A stretch of 64,000 nt of DNA from Cenococcum geophilum. Taxonomy: Eukaryota. Shown piece after piece: positions 39,517-53,600 of the stretch. The first letter of the stretch is position 1, and every line of letters begins with the position of its first letter. The notes below the pieces were generated by a model. The model was not told the DNA's origin, ran no database searches, and was given only the letters and a program-made list of their open reading frames with translations. The DNA lies in contig CP158635.1 in the NCBI GenBank assembly GCA_050273025.1, positions 2,480,001 through 2,544,000 of the forward strand, given 5' to 3'. The translations under genes were made by a program, and so were the position numbers.

Positions 39517-41995
39517 ACTAATAATAATGATAAAAAGGTAAAGATCCTTATAGAAAGGTCCTTTCCCTAACTGGCTTTAGTAGACCTTAGCGACATTATA
39601 GGTAAAACATTAGTGACTTGTCTATAGGTTAATAGCGATATAATAACAAAGGAAATGGCCAGAACTATTAGCCGCCTTTTAAATAATATAGCACTAGGAC
39701 TAAATAGGATTCTAAATAAGGTCTTAAAGACCTATAGACTACTTATAGCATCTTAGCTTATAGATATAGCTAGAGTATACTTTAATATAGGCTACTACCC
39801 GTAACTCGGAAGATCTATAATAACGGTTATTTTATAAAAAGAAGGCAAAGCAGATTACTTAACCCTAGGAAGCTACCGCTATATTGCCTTAAAAAATACC
39901 CTTAGCAAGATTTTAAAAAGGGTAATAGCAGACTATATAGTAGACACGGCTAAGGAATATACCCTACTACTATAAAGCTAAATAGGGGCAAAAAAGAACC
40001 GCTTAATATTATTAGCACTTATGCTACTTACTGCCACTATTAAATCTATATAGGCGATGCGAAGGGACTCTATAATATTAATACTTAGCCTAGATATTAG
40101 TGGTGCCTATAATAATATACCCCATAAGCGCCTCCTATATATCCTTAGGATAAAGGGCTTTCTAAAATAGATTATATAATTTATTTAAGGGTTTATAGAC
40201 TAGAAAGAAATATTACTAGTCTTTAGCGGGTACTAGAGCCCCCCTATTATAGTTACAATAAAAATACTACAAGGATTACCCCTCTTGCCTATACTCTTCC
40301 TTTTCTTTATAAGCAACCTACTTAACTTCTTTAAGGAAGGGGCAACCTAGGGGATAGGCTTTATTAATAATATAAACCTAATTACATATAGGCCAACAGC
40401 CGCAGAGAACTGCAGAACACTAGAGAAAGCCTATAATACCTATATAAAATAGGTAAGACAATATAGAGTTTAATTCTCTCTAGAGAAATACCAGCTAATC
40501 TATTTTATAAGAAAACGCAACCAATTTATAAACCTCTAGTATATAATTTTATATCTAAGGCTATAGGGGTTAACCAGTTTAAGGCCTAAGGGTATTAGGA
40601 GTATAAGTAAATAGTTAGCTTTAGTAAAGCGTATATGCATTATAAGCGGCCGGTAAGGGCTAAGCTTAGTACATTATAATGTTTAGAATTATCAATTCTA
40701 TATAGGGTCTATGCTTTTAGAGGTTACGCCTACTATATATAGCGGTTGTTTGGCTAACTATAACGTACGGATTTAGTATTTAGGTAATAGAAGAATCTAA
40801 AAAAGCCTCCCTAAATTACTCCTTAAACTAATCTAAAAGGTTTAAACAGCCTACCTCTGGAGCATAATAGGCGGGTATAAGCGAACGGCCACAGTACTGC
40901 TTAAGAAGGAAGCTAATATCCCCCCCTATAATTATATATTGTAGCCGCTGCAATATAAAGGGTATAAAAGGAGCGTAACTCTAATATTACAAAGTATATT
41001 AAAACACGCCTAAATAAACTATAGAGAGACCCTAGGGTGCCCCGTAGGAGAGGAAACTAAACACCCTAAAGTAGGGAGGATATATTAGAGAAACAGGTAG
41101 AGAAAGTAAAAGAGAAATAGTACCGCGTTAGGGCCTAGGCCTATATAGAGGAGGAGGAAGGAAAACGCGTAAGAGGCTAGCAAAAATAATAGTAAGAGAG
41201 AGAAAGGAGCTAAAGTAGAGTATAAAAGAGTATTAGGAAACTATCTACCGTAATATAATACTAGTTAAACCAACACTAGAGAGGCGTATAGGAGTTAAAG
41301 GTATAAAGGCTAACCTAGGCAAGAGCAACCTAAGCTGTAGTATAGTTAATACTATAGGGGGTAAATACCTAGGGGCTTTAAAAAGGCCTAACAAAGGCAG
41401 AAAATATAATAGCAATACTCTTAAGAATAGAAATAATAGGACTAAAAGATTGGCTCTACTAGATAAGTGTCCTAGTAAGTAGTCTAAAATGCGAATATAG
41501 CTGGCTAAGATAGACACTAAAACATATAATACCATTATGCCCCTTACGTACTAACTAAGAAGTAATACTCTTAGTAGTGGGCATAGAGAACTATAATACA
41601 CTACTCTTAATATAAAAAGGCCTTAAGGCGGTTACTTAGTAGCTTATTAGCCAAAATATACTAAACCAGTTCTGGGTTATAAAGGAAATAGTAATAGAAG
41701 GTAAAGGGGAAAGTAATAGGCGTCCCTAATGACTTTATAGTAGTAGAGTAAAGATTACAATACTAGCGCGTCCGTAGGCTTATTACGGCAGCGGTAGTTC
41801 CTAAGGAGGTTAAAAAGTAAGGTAGTAGAGCACTACTAGCAACTTGTAGGCGTTAAGTAAGCAAGTCCTAAAAGGCGGCGAGATAGATTAGGAGGTTTTC
41901 TTAAGTTAACTTTTCTCCCTATATATAAATTAGAAGTAGTCTATGTGGGCCTAATAAAGATTTAAATTAGACGTTAAGCAATGAATTATTATTAT
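39517..41995 (+). mobile_element. Tad1-like LINE, RT and 3' region, 5' cut by family C element
   Basis: deRIP APGPDGIPNEVLK (~39691), YR.IALENTLSKI (~39874), LDISGAYDNVPH (~40090), GIPQGSPLSPILFLFF (~40261), GFVDD (~40357); 3' end approximate. Confidence 0.88.
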
Positions 41996-41999
41996 ATTA

Positions 42000-42734
42000 T
42001 AAGGACTTTACTAGTTTATAATTGCAGTAACTTTTTAGGGTTTATTTTAATTCTATTATAAGATATAATTAAGTATAAGTACGTAACTCTAAATGCGTAG
42101 AACTTATATTTCTTAATATCGCATTATAAGCCTCTATTTTATAGGCGTTTAAGGACTATTAAATATGCTTTTAATACTTAAAAGGTAAAGATAAGTAGAT
42201 TAAAATATTATCTATATACGTAGTAATAAATATATTAAGGAATTTACAAAGCGTATTATTAACGTATTACTAAAACGTATTAAAACTACTCTTTATACTA
42301 AATAGTATTACTAAGTATTTAAAAAGTCTCTATTGTATATAACAGGCTATATACCTCTTATCTCCTTTATAGACGCGAAATTTTATTAAAGGTAATAACT
42401 ATATTAAGCTTTATAAAATATTATATATTTACTAAATAGTTAAGCGTCTTTTAAAGTAGTGGAATTATATATTAATTTTAAATTATAATAATGTTTAGAG
42501 CTTAATAATTAATATAAAATATTAAGCTTCTTTCTAGCTTTTTAATAAATAGTATAGATAAGGTAAATAGAGATTAACTAGGGCGAATAAATCCTTTTAT
42601 AAATGTTTATTAAGGTATTATTATATTATAAGCAGTTCTTATAATATTCTATACAGCGGACTCAACTTTAGTATTATACTAGGCTTAAGTTCTATTTTAA
42701 AATTGTATTTATCCTAGTATAAAAGCAGTTAGTC
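42000..42734 (-). mobile_element. Gypsy RT fragment related to family D
   Basis: Collinear with ~57500-58235. Confidence 0.8.
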
Positions 42735-43003
42735 TATAATAAAACCTTATAGTAATTACTACAATAGACTTATTAATAGGCTAGGTATATAGGTAAATAA
42801 GAAGTTAATAATATAAGTGTAACTAGTAGTATAAGTTACCTAATAGACTAACTCTAATTATATATTAAGATTTACTATAAGGAAGAGAACTATCTAGGTA
42901 GGGACTGTGGTCCTTTAAATATATAATACTACGCCTAAGAAATATACTAAATACGTTAGTACATTAATATATTGGTATATTCCCGTGTTCTAAACTTATA
43001 ATA
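42735..43003 (-). repeat. LTR fragment or solo LTR related to family A
   Basis: Starts tataataaaacc (RIPed TGTAACGGAACC); shares aactctaattatat and aactatctaggtagggact with A LTRs; right end approximate. Confidence 0.65.
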
Positions 43004-43500
43004 TATAAAAGGTATCTCCTTAATTAGTAAGTAGGTATATATTATTAACTACTATAAGGGTTATATAGGAATTAAATATTAGGTTTATTAGAACCTTATA
43101 TAGCTTATTACTAACTAAAAGCTTTAGGGAGATAAGGATATATATATATAGCTGCCTGTACAGATATCCTCGACTAGTTTGGCTAATATTATCTTTCTAT
43201 ATATATAAATAGGTCGGATATAAGGTAGCTTTATAATCTTTCCTACTTACTATAACCTAATTATATTAAGTGGAATAATAATAATAATAACAACCGCATA
43301 AGGTAAAAGATATAGTAGTACTTATATTAGTATACTCTTGCTAAAAGTCGTCTTTACTATAAATATAAGATCTCGCCGCTTAAATATTAGCAATCTTAGC
43401 GCCTTAAGCTGCTCCGTATAACTAAGGTATAAATATATTCCCGCAATAGCTTTATTTAGCTTACTTATAAGCTAAAATAGCTCCCTCTATAGGTTATATA
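43004..43500 (-). pseudogene. RIPed RecQ-like SF2 helicase fragment (motifs I, Ia, II)
   Basis: EQLKALRLL...DL.F.(A)KT.F(G)KS (motif I at 43334-43357); VVIIIIPLN; HILISPELL; deRIP VVVDDVHLLANWGDTFR (~43010-43055). Confidence 0.7.
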
Positions 43501-43544
43501 GCCATAGAGAACGCTAGGGATCTATTTTAATATAATCCCTAATA

Positions 43545-43964
43545 TAGTCGGTGGGCAAGCTGCCTATATAGGCAAGTAGCCCACTTTAAAACCCTACCAA
43601 AAATTAAGAAATTTATACTTTAATATCCTAATAACCACTTAATAATAAATTTTAATAATTTAGATTTAGACTTTTATATATACTCTATAGCTTCTATTAA
43701 AGTTATATAGTAAATAATTTGGTAATTTTTAAGAAATAGTAATATAGTCTCGTTTTAGCCCCTATATTTTAATATCCTAAAAACTACCAAACTATTTACT
43801 ATATAACTTTAATAGAAGCTATAAAGTATATATAAAAGTCTAAATCTAAATTATTAAAATTTATTATTAAGTGGTTGTTAAGATATTAAGGTATAAATTT
43901 TTTTATTTTTAGTAGGGTTTTAATATAGGCCACTTGCCTATATAGGCAGCTTGCCCACTAACTC
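43545..43964. mobile_element. Fold-back MITE, ~420 bp, ~190-bp TIRs, TA target
   Basis: Left tagtcggtgggcaagctgcctatataggcaagt mirrors right acttgcctatataggcagcttgcccactaact; arms complementary almost to the centre. Confidence 0.9.
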
Positions 43965-44684
43965 TATATTATCCTATTATATACTACTAACTTATTAATC
44001 TACTTAACTAGCTTACGATTTGCGACCTTTACGCCTTATTCGCTTTAATAGAGATATTAATAAATAGCGTTTAAGGGTAGTAGAGGGAGATTAGAGAGTT
44101 GGATAGACCTTAATAGGGTTTAATTATTAGACTATAGATATAGCGGATAGAGAGTAGGTAGTTAAGGTTAACTTATTATTAGTATGGATATTACTAACTA
44201 TATACTATAGTAAACCGCGTTACGGCTATTTTAAAATTAATATTAGAAACGAAAAGGCAGAGAGACTTCTTATATTAACTGTTTAATTCGCTAGAGCTTA
44301 ATATATAATTGATAGATTTTTAAGCTAGCCGAACATATTACAATAATAAGTAAATATTTGTAATATTAGCTATATATATATAAATACAAGTTCTGCTGTA
44401 GAAGGGTACGATATCTCTTTAATAGGAAGTTATAGTGCTATTAGTCTGTCTATTTATCAGTTGGTTAGTCGGACAGTTAGTTTATTATAATTAGTTAATA
44501 GAACAGTTAGAATCAATTAGTAAAAAGATAGTTAATAAGAAAGAAAGAAAAGAGTGTATTTCTAGTAACTGGTAGGGTTGTAATATATAAGAAGTAAGGA
44601 GGCTGGGGGTTTTATGGGTGTGGGAAAATACTAAGACACTAGGCGTTGTCCAATCTATACCACTATACTACTAAATAGAAATCC

Positions 44685-44930
44685 TATATATTAGACTTCT
44701 TATTTCTATAGACGGTATATAAATAGACCTAAAGAAAGTTAAAGTAATTATAAACTAATAAGAAATTAAAAACGTTAAGAACGTAAAAGCTTTTATAAGA
44801 TTTACCAATTTCTATTAACGGTTTATTAATAACTTCTCTACCCTAGTTTTACCTCTTATAGCTTTAACCTAAAAAATAAAGCCTTTATCTTCGGTAAGGA
44901 CTATAAGAAAGGCTTTAATTATATAAAGAT
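44685..44930 (+). mobile_element. Short Gypsy RT fragment
   Basis: deRIP YLGLLISTDGIQMDPEKVKAI.NW....V.AFIGFANFYRRFI. Confidence 0.7.
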
Positions 44931-44939
44931 TATATCTAA

Positions 44940-46676
44940 TACGGTACTTATACGCTAATAGATTAAATAAGCGTTATAAAAGCTAACTTATCTAACTACG
45001 TTACTTGAGGTATTCTACCTATATATATCTTTCCCGCAATAGAGCCTATATTACTCGTTACCCGATTTTTATATACCCTAAAGTTCCCTTAACTCGGGCT
45101 CTAATAGCTAATTACTTATATTATACTTAATATCTTTATAAATTTAATAGCATTATTATAATAGAAATTAAAGTATTTATATTAAATACTCTATTATCCC
45201 TTATAGTACATTAGCGTCCTCTTACGTATAACCGTATTTAACTATATTAGTACTCTAACCGCTCTAATAATCTTTAGTATAATATCTCTATTTACTGCAA
45301 TTTATATAAGCTCCTTTTTTATACTACTTATTTTACTATAAAGTCCGCCTAAACTTCTTCTACTACTACTAAGATCCCTAGTTCGGTCTTTACTCCCTAG
45401 TCTTTTAATTACTTAATCCTTAATCTCTAGGTTTTAATAGTTCTCTATTTCTTTTTAACTATCGCGTTCCGCTAAGGTCTATTAACTCTACGCTATACTA
45501 TAGCTTATATACCTATTAGTATTTCTTTTTAATATACGCTGGTCCTTATTATCCTCTTTAATATAGCTATCTATCTATCTTAATAGCTTACTCGATCAAT
45601 TCTCTTATATTGCTTAAATTATCTATTAGTATTATTATATTTTAGATCTTTACCTTAAGTCCGCATTAATACTACGCTATTAGTACCCCTTAATTCTATT
45701 TAGTTTACGCTACTAGGGTCTAAACCTACGTTGTATATTCTATTACTAATCCCTTTTATATAAGTTAATAGATCTTTCCTTTTATCATTACTACCAATTC
45801 CGGATCTCCGTATACCTCTATAAGCCTACTAGCAAATCTACCCTAGCTTAAAAATATATACCTTGCTTCTAAATTAGTAGTTATTAACCTATTAGCTTAT
45901 ATCTCTATAGGATGGAGTTTAAACCACTCTAAGATCTAACCCGTTAGGAATAATCTCGCATACGCTACTTAATCTACTAGGTTTGCTAGCTTTGTTCTAT
46001 TATATTAAATCTTTAATCCGCATTTACATTAGGAATCCCTTTAGCTTATACCTCTTACCAATAACCATTTTAATTAACGGCATTTTAATCTTTTATCTCT
46101 TTATATATATAAGTTTTAACAACTAATAATAATTAATTTATCTGCTTAAGCTATAAAGCCCTTTAGTTATACTACTGTAATTACTTATAAGCCGCTATTC
46201 TATATACTAGTATGTCTTCCTAACCTTAAGGTAGATACTACTATAAAATAGTATTATAACCGGTTACGTCTACGCTTTAAGTAGTATTTTATTAACTTAC
46301 TATTATAACTATAAAATCGTATAGGAAATACTATAGTAGACCAATTAATAGACTAGGTATATAGTTAATAATAGTTAATAAGCTTAACGTGTAGAGTAAG
46401 TGCCTAATAGATTAACTCTAGTTATATTTTAAGATTTATTATAAAAAGAGAACTAGCTAAGTAGTAACTATATTTTTTTTAAAATTAAATACATATCCTA
46501 GCTCCTAAGAAGTCCCCTTTATACGTAAAGTATATAAGGTATATAATAGCCCTTATAGCCCTTATAGACCTTATTATATAACCTTGCTTACTACTTATTA
46601 TATAGCTCTACTAGTTCTATCGTGGCCCGTACTACGTCCTATAGCCTATTTAGTTTACTAAGAAGTGCCCGTAATA
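44940..46676 (-). mobile_element. 5' part (LTR ~46310-46676, gag) of a diverged relative of family A
   Basis: gag homologous to ~20400-21430; LTR shares gcctaatagattaactctag and ends cccgtaata. Confidence 0.75.
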
Positions 46677-46679
46677 CTT

Positions 46680-46872
46680 CTATTATTAGGTCCCTAATAA
46701 ACGGCCTACCTTTAAGGAATAACGGGCGGGTGTAGGCGAACGGCAATAGTATTACTTAAGAAACAAAGAAATATACCCCCTTATAGTTATATAAAAGGCT
46801 TTAGAGAAGCGTAACTATAATATTATAAAGTATATAAAAATATACCTAAGTAGGCCATAGAACGGCTCTAAG
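46680..46872 (+). mobile_element. LINE fragment homologous to ~40840-41030
   Basis: ggcgggtgtaggcgaacggc...agcgtaact matches the upstream LINE. Confidence 0.6.
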
Positions 46873-47614
46873 TGTAAGGGCGCGAAGAGACTTTAGGGAA
46901 GATTTAAAGAAACGATATAAATTCTATTTAAATCTGAGGGTATATAGCTCTCGCTAAGAATAAGACGTTGCGTAAAGAAGAGAAAGGAATAATAAGAGAA
47001 TTATATAATTAAATAGTTAGGGGCTTAGTGGTCGATGCGTGCGTATATACGTACGCGGTTTAATAAACTTTAGTAGAATTTGGTTAAAGCGTTAGAATTT
47101 ATCTATTAAGTGTTTTACTAAGACATTCCTACTATAACTAGGCTAGTCCCGTTATAGTACCCCCCCTTTTAGTTAAAGGTCCAAATAACCTAACCCTAGT
47201 TAAGATATATAACTTATCGCGTATTGTGTTTTTGTGTTAGGTAATAGTATAGGGTTTTATTAATTCTAATCGTTAAATAGGCTAATTAGGATTTTCTATC
47301 CCTGGGATAAAAAATCGCTATTAGTTTAGCTAAGGTGGTAAGCAGAACTAATATCTTTATAGTAGGTCTTAGCAAGGCGGATCTAACTAGTTAGATAACT
47401 TTAACCGGCGGTTAAAGTTCTTTAACATCTTATATATTACGTAATTGTATTATAAACATTATAATATATTTTAAGTTCTTTCTAATTTTAAGCTTTCTAC
47501 TATTATGTTTTATATATTCGTGTTAGGTAGTAGTTATTTACCTTTATATTATATCTATCTAGCTAAAGTAGGCCGTAAAGAATAGTTCTTATAGAATTCT
47601 TTTACTAAGGAAGG

Positions 47615-50600
47615 TGTAACGGAATCCCCTAGGAGGTACATATCCGATAAGACAGTAGGAGGTTTTATTTATATCCTATCTATATTCCAGAAGACACAGT
47701 CAGACAGGTTAAAGGCAAAAGGTTTTACTAGCGTCTTAAAAGGAATATATAGGAAGCTAGTTCTCCTTTAGAGAAGAACTAGCAATTAGTCTCTAAATAG
47801 AAGTAGTTAGAAGCATTTATCCTTTAATACGTAAAAACTCATTCTACCTTCTACTTGCCTTTAACGTACCTTTGACTTACCTTCTACTTATTAATAACAC
47901 TATTAATTAGATAATTATACGTTTCGGTTAGGCTGGCCTCTTATAATTCTAATCACTTACACTCTGTTAGGGACGTACGGCTATTAATTAACAATGACGA
48001 ACTATACTCCTTTACCCTATAAAGCAACGCCCTTACTATAAGAGGCTTAGAGAGTCTCCCTAGAGGAGCGCATTCCCTCTACTTACAAAAGAGTGGACTA
48101 GGAAGCCATAGCTAGCCCATCTAACTTTACGGGACCCTTAAAAATAATTACCGCTAGGGAGTTATTGGAGTAGTCGCTACGCAAGACCCTATAAAAAATA
48201 AAGGAGTTAGAGATACGATTAAGATAAGTATATTAAGACTACTAAGAACAATTATAAGGACAATTAGGGGAAGTATAGACACCCTAGACACAAAGTGGAC
48301 TTAAAGGGGTAATACTACACTACGCTATAATATTAGAAAAACCTAAATTCCATATAAAGGAACCTAATAAGTACTATAGTAATAGTCTCCAGAACTATAA
48401 TCGTTTTATCCATTAATGCAAAACTAAGTTTCGGCTAAATCCGAAATGTTACTTTAATAAGTATAATTAGACACTAATTACTTCTACCTTCCTATATGGC
48501 ACCGTTAAGAGTTTATAGACACGCTACGAGAAGAAACTTACTATACCCCTTAAATTTAGCGAACTTAAGACCTAGTTAGTTAATCAGGTCTAAGACCCTA
48601 CTAATTAAGGGATAAATTATAACTAGTAATACTATAATACTAAACAGCAAGAAGGCTAGAGTGTAGTCTAGTTTATAAACTACTTAGAAGAGCTAGAAGG
48701 TAATATACCCTACTTAGACCTATAGGATGACGCTATATAACTTTACTAGCTACTTGCCAAGCTATAACCTAAGATTTAACAGGCTATTTAGGAGAAGGGC
48801 GAAATTCCTACCTCTTAAGAAAAGCTTATTTCTAAAGCTACTCGGATTAAAAATGCTAAAAGAGACTATTTAGGTAAGTAAAAGGAACGAGACGCTAATA
48901 ATAAAGAGCATAGGACTAGACCTAGCTTTAATAATAGGGGTAGATTCTAACCTAACCGCTCTGCGGAAGGACAACGCGAGTAGGCCTCGTAGCCCTAGAG
49001 TAATGCTAGTTAACCCTAAAATAATAATAGGTAAAGACCTAATCCGCAAGAGGGGAACCAAGAGACATGTACCTGTTATAACTATAGCAAAAAGGGCTAT
49101 ATAAGCCGCTTCTACCGGTAGAAGAAGTAAAAGTCGGCTTAATTAGGAAAAGAGACAGCCTAGTAGATTTTTACTCCCTTATACTAGGCTAGTAAGAGAA
49201 GGAGGGAGTAAACTACCGTATAGTTATTCCTGTCTCTATTTAAGTTAATAATAAATAGGTAACGCGAGACTGCCTTATAGACAGTAGCGCGAGTATAGGG
49301 TTTATTTCTTAATTACTAGTAAAAGAATTAGATTTAGACCTTAGCGGCTTATAGGTGCGCACCGTTTAAAGTATTAGAGGCTACTAGATTTTATACTACG
49401 GGGAATAGATATTTCCCGTTGCCAGCTAGGACTATAACGGTCTATAGGATATATAGGAGATACGCTTCTACGCCGTAGAAATTAAGGGGTATAACCTTGT
49501 TTTAGGATACCTATAGCTTCGCCAAGTTAATCTAGATATTAATTGGCCTTTAGCCTTATATTAATACCGGAAGTCTTAATTACATATTATAGTTAAGGAT
49601 TAAGAGACTTTCCTAAGCTATATATAAGAAGAAGGGTAGGTATATACTATATATACCACTCTTAACCCTAAGAATAAAGATATAGGGTATTCATTTTTAG
49701 ATGTCCGGCTATGCGTAGTTAAAGAACTAGAGATTCCGCAGGAATATATAGACCTAAAAGAGGTTTCTAATAAAGAGGCTGCATAGACCTTACTTAACCC
49801 TATACTAGTTAAGTATAAGATAAATATAGGGGACAAGCAACCTCCCTTTAGACTACTATATAACTTATTAGAAAACAAACTAGCTGTATTACATTAGTAT
49901 ATAGTGGATAATCTTTAGAAAGGATAGATTTGGCCCTTTACAAGCCTAGTAGGGGTACCAATTATATTTATATTAAAGAAGAACGGAACCCTTTACCTCT
50001 ATATTAACTACTAGGCGCTTAATAGGATTACTATAAAAAAATTACTACCCGCTACCCTTAATAGGGGAGCTTATTAATAGGCTATTCGGCGTAAAGATAT
50101 TTATAAAACTAGATCTAAAAGATATATACTATTAAATCCGGATTAAAGCCGGCGATAAGTAGAAAACGGCGTTCTAAACACAGTACAGCCACTTTAAGTA
50201 CCTAGTAATGCTATTTAGGCTTACTAACGCACCGGCGATATTTTAGGCCTATATTAATAAGGCATTATTAGGCCTATTAGACACGATATATATAGTCTAT
50301 TTTAATAACATTATAGTCTACTCTAATAACTACGAAGCATATATGCACCATGTATAAATAGTATTTAAAAGACTATAGAAATATAAGCTCTATATAAACC
50401 TAAAAAAATGCTTATTCTATATCACTAGCATTAATTTTCTAGGCTTTATTATTAGCGTTAATGGAGTGTTAATAGAGAAAAGCCGGGTAGACGCTATTAG
50501 GGAATAGCCATACCTTACGACATTTAGAGAAGTATAGGTTTTCTTAGGCACGGCGAACTTCTACTAAAGGTTTATTATTTACTATTTATAAGTAATACTC

Positions 50601-53600
50601 TTAATTACTAATCTACTAAAAGGATCTAAGAATAGCAAGAAGTTAGGACCCTTTATATTTAGGGAAGCTGCTAAGTAGATAATAGACCGGTTAAAGGATT
50701 TATTTACGTCGGCGCCTATCCTAATATACTTCTACTAGGAGCTATATATATACCTTAAAATAAATATATCCGGCTTTACCCTAGGGGCAATTATATCTTA
50801 ATTAAAAGACGGAGAATAGCACCCTATAGCGTTTTAGTTAAGGAAAATAACCCCTATAAAGTAGCGTTATATAACACATAACTAGGAGCTACTTACGATA
50901 ATTGCAGTAATAAAGTACTAGCGACATTATTGTATAGAAAGCAGTTACCCTATTAAAGTCCTTATAAACTATAATAACCTAGAATACTTTATAACTATAA
51001 AGGTATTAAGTGGTTAACAAGCGAGATAGGCAGAGGTACTATTATAATACGACTTTAAAATTATATACCGCCTAGGAAAGACAAATCCTGCTAATAGGTT
51101 ATTAAGACGTCCAGATTATAAAATAGGGAGGATCTAGGACAGTATAGGGGAAATAATCCCTATATTACAAAATTTGCTTAGGAAGAAAGAAGACTCTTTC
51201 CCTAGAACTATAGAATTTCGTAATAGGGTAGAGGTTCTAGTAATATAGCTGCGAAGCAATATAATTATAGAGCCGTAGGATATAGTTATAGACTAAGTTA
51301 TAAACTAAGTAGACATTATAAAGTTAGCGTATCTTAGAATTAGCAAGAATTCTACAGGATATGCTAGAGGTATCGCGGCACCTTTAACTCGACGGCGTAT
51401 TAGCTGCGAGTTTTTAAATCTAAGGGGGATAGGCAAGATACCTATCTATAGCGTGGTATACTATATAATAGTAGGAGAATTTACTAGCACTAATAGTTTA
51501 AAACGTCTTATGCCACGCCTTAAGTCTATAATAGTAGTAGGTAAAATAGAAGTAAGTAATCTGCACAAAACCTTTTCGGATCTTCTTCTTTAAGCTTAAT
51601 AAAGGGACGCCTTTGCCTCTAGGGAGAGGTAAAAAGATATAGTAGAGACTAACTTGGCCGGAGTTACTAAGAAGCTATAGTAGCAAGACTAAAAGGGTCT
51701 GTTGCGCTTTAAGGGTGCTGTATATATCCTAAAGGACTAAGCGATTTAAGACGAAATTCTAAAGGTCTTCTATAATAACCCTCTTAGGGGTTACTACGGT
51801 GCTAATAAAACCCTTAAGGCCGTTTAAAGGAAATACTTTTAGGACAGAATATCTAAAGAGGTTAAGAATTATATATTAAGGTGAAATACGTGCCAAAGGA
51901 TATAGATATTTAAGCATTGCCTATATAGCGAGTTATTAGTGCTTCCTATTCCGTAGGGACCTATATTAGAATTAATAATGGATTTTATTACAGGCTTACC
52001 CCCTACTAAGATAAGAACTGGAGAGGTTGCTAACGCTATTTTAGTAATCATTAACAGGTATATAAAGCTTTTAGAATACTTTGCTATTATAATAACGATT
52101 ATAGTAGCAGAACTAGTAGACCTATTTTTAAAACAGTGGCTCTTATTTAGCACGCTAAGGGGAATTATATCTAACAGAGGTACTATATTTAACAGTGCAT
52201 TTTAGTCTTTATTCTATCTCTTGTTAAAAATACAGCGAAGGATAAGTACTACCTTCTACTTATAAACAGACGGGCTAACAGAGCGTCTAAATGCGTTATT
52301 AGAACACTACCTCCGCTACTATATTAATTATTAACAGGATAATTAGATATTATGGTTAGCTCTAGCGCAGTACGTATATAATATAAGCATCTATAGTAGT
52401 ACAAAAATGACCCCTTATAAAGCATTGTTTGAGGTAAAAGCAAATAACCCCTAGAACGTTAAGGACATCGTTCCTAAAAAAAAGGCACTAGCGGCGTCTA
52501 AAAGAATTAAGTAAATAAGAATTTGCAGAGAGGAACTTAAAAAGCACTTACTAGACGCCTAGGCTATATAAAAAAGGTACTATAATAAAAAACATATGCT
52601 GAAAGAATTTAAGATAGGAGATAAAGTCTTACTACTTATAAAAAAATATCTGAATAAAACGTATTAAGAAGAAGCTAGATCACTAGTAGCTTAGACCCTT
52701 TAAGATAGTTAGGAAAACTAAAGGAAACTAAGCCTATAAATTAGAATTACTAAAATCTTATCTAATATATCCTATATTTTATATTTCCTTACTAAAGCTA
52801 TATTAGAGAAGAGATAGTGCGGAACTACCCCCACCTAGCGAAATTAATAGAAAACTGGAATAAAATATAGAAGATATTCTTAACTAAAGATAGCGCTAGA
52901 AGAAGCGCGAATTTTTAGTTTATTAGGAAGAATACTCCTAGGCGTATAACAGTTGGAAACCTAAGGAGCACCTTTAGCTAGGATATAACACCACAATTAA
53001 AACCTTCTTAAGAACTAAAGGTAAAGATTTAGAAATGGTTCTGGATATGCTATAGGTAAAGCAATAGGGAAGACCCTATGAATTAAAACTATAGGATTAA
53101 GTACAGGCATTAAGAACGGAAATGTTTTGCTATTATAATAGGGATCCTAGAATTCTATAAGAGGAAGCCTATAGGGATCTATAGGAGAACTACTAGGGAT
53201 ACTGTTTAAAGGAGACGCTGTTTAAGAAGGAGTAGTAGTACTATAAGAAGTGGCCTTGGGGATTTAGAAAGATCCCCTAGGGATAAAAGGAGAGTATCCA
53301 GCCTGGCACCGGAGATATATAGTAGAGTTAATAGTATAAAAAGGAGCAAAAGGACAGCCTATAAAGAATTAGAAATTTTAAGGAATTATAAGGCACCTAT
53401 AGAAACACTACCCGTTTATTATATATGGGGATTATAGTAGTGTACTGCATTTATATAGATTGTTACCAAAGCTTAGAATAAAGGCATCCCTAAAGTATAA
53501 AGTTAATTCTTAATAATAGGGCATTCTAGAGGCACCTAAGAAGTACTATATAAAGCTATTCTATAAGAAGAAGGAAAGAGCTAGGTAATAACTTAAATAC

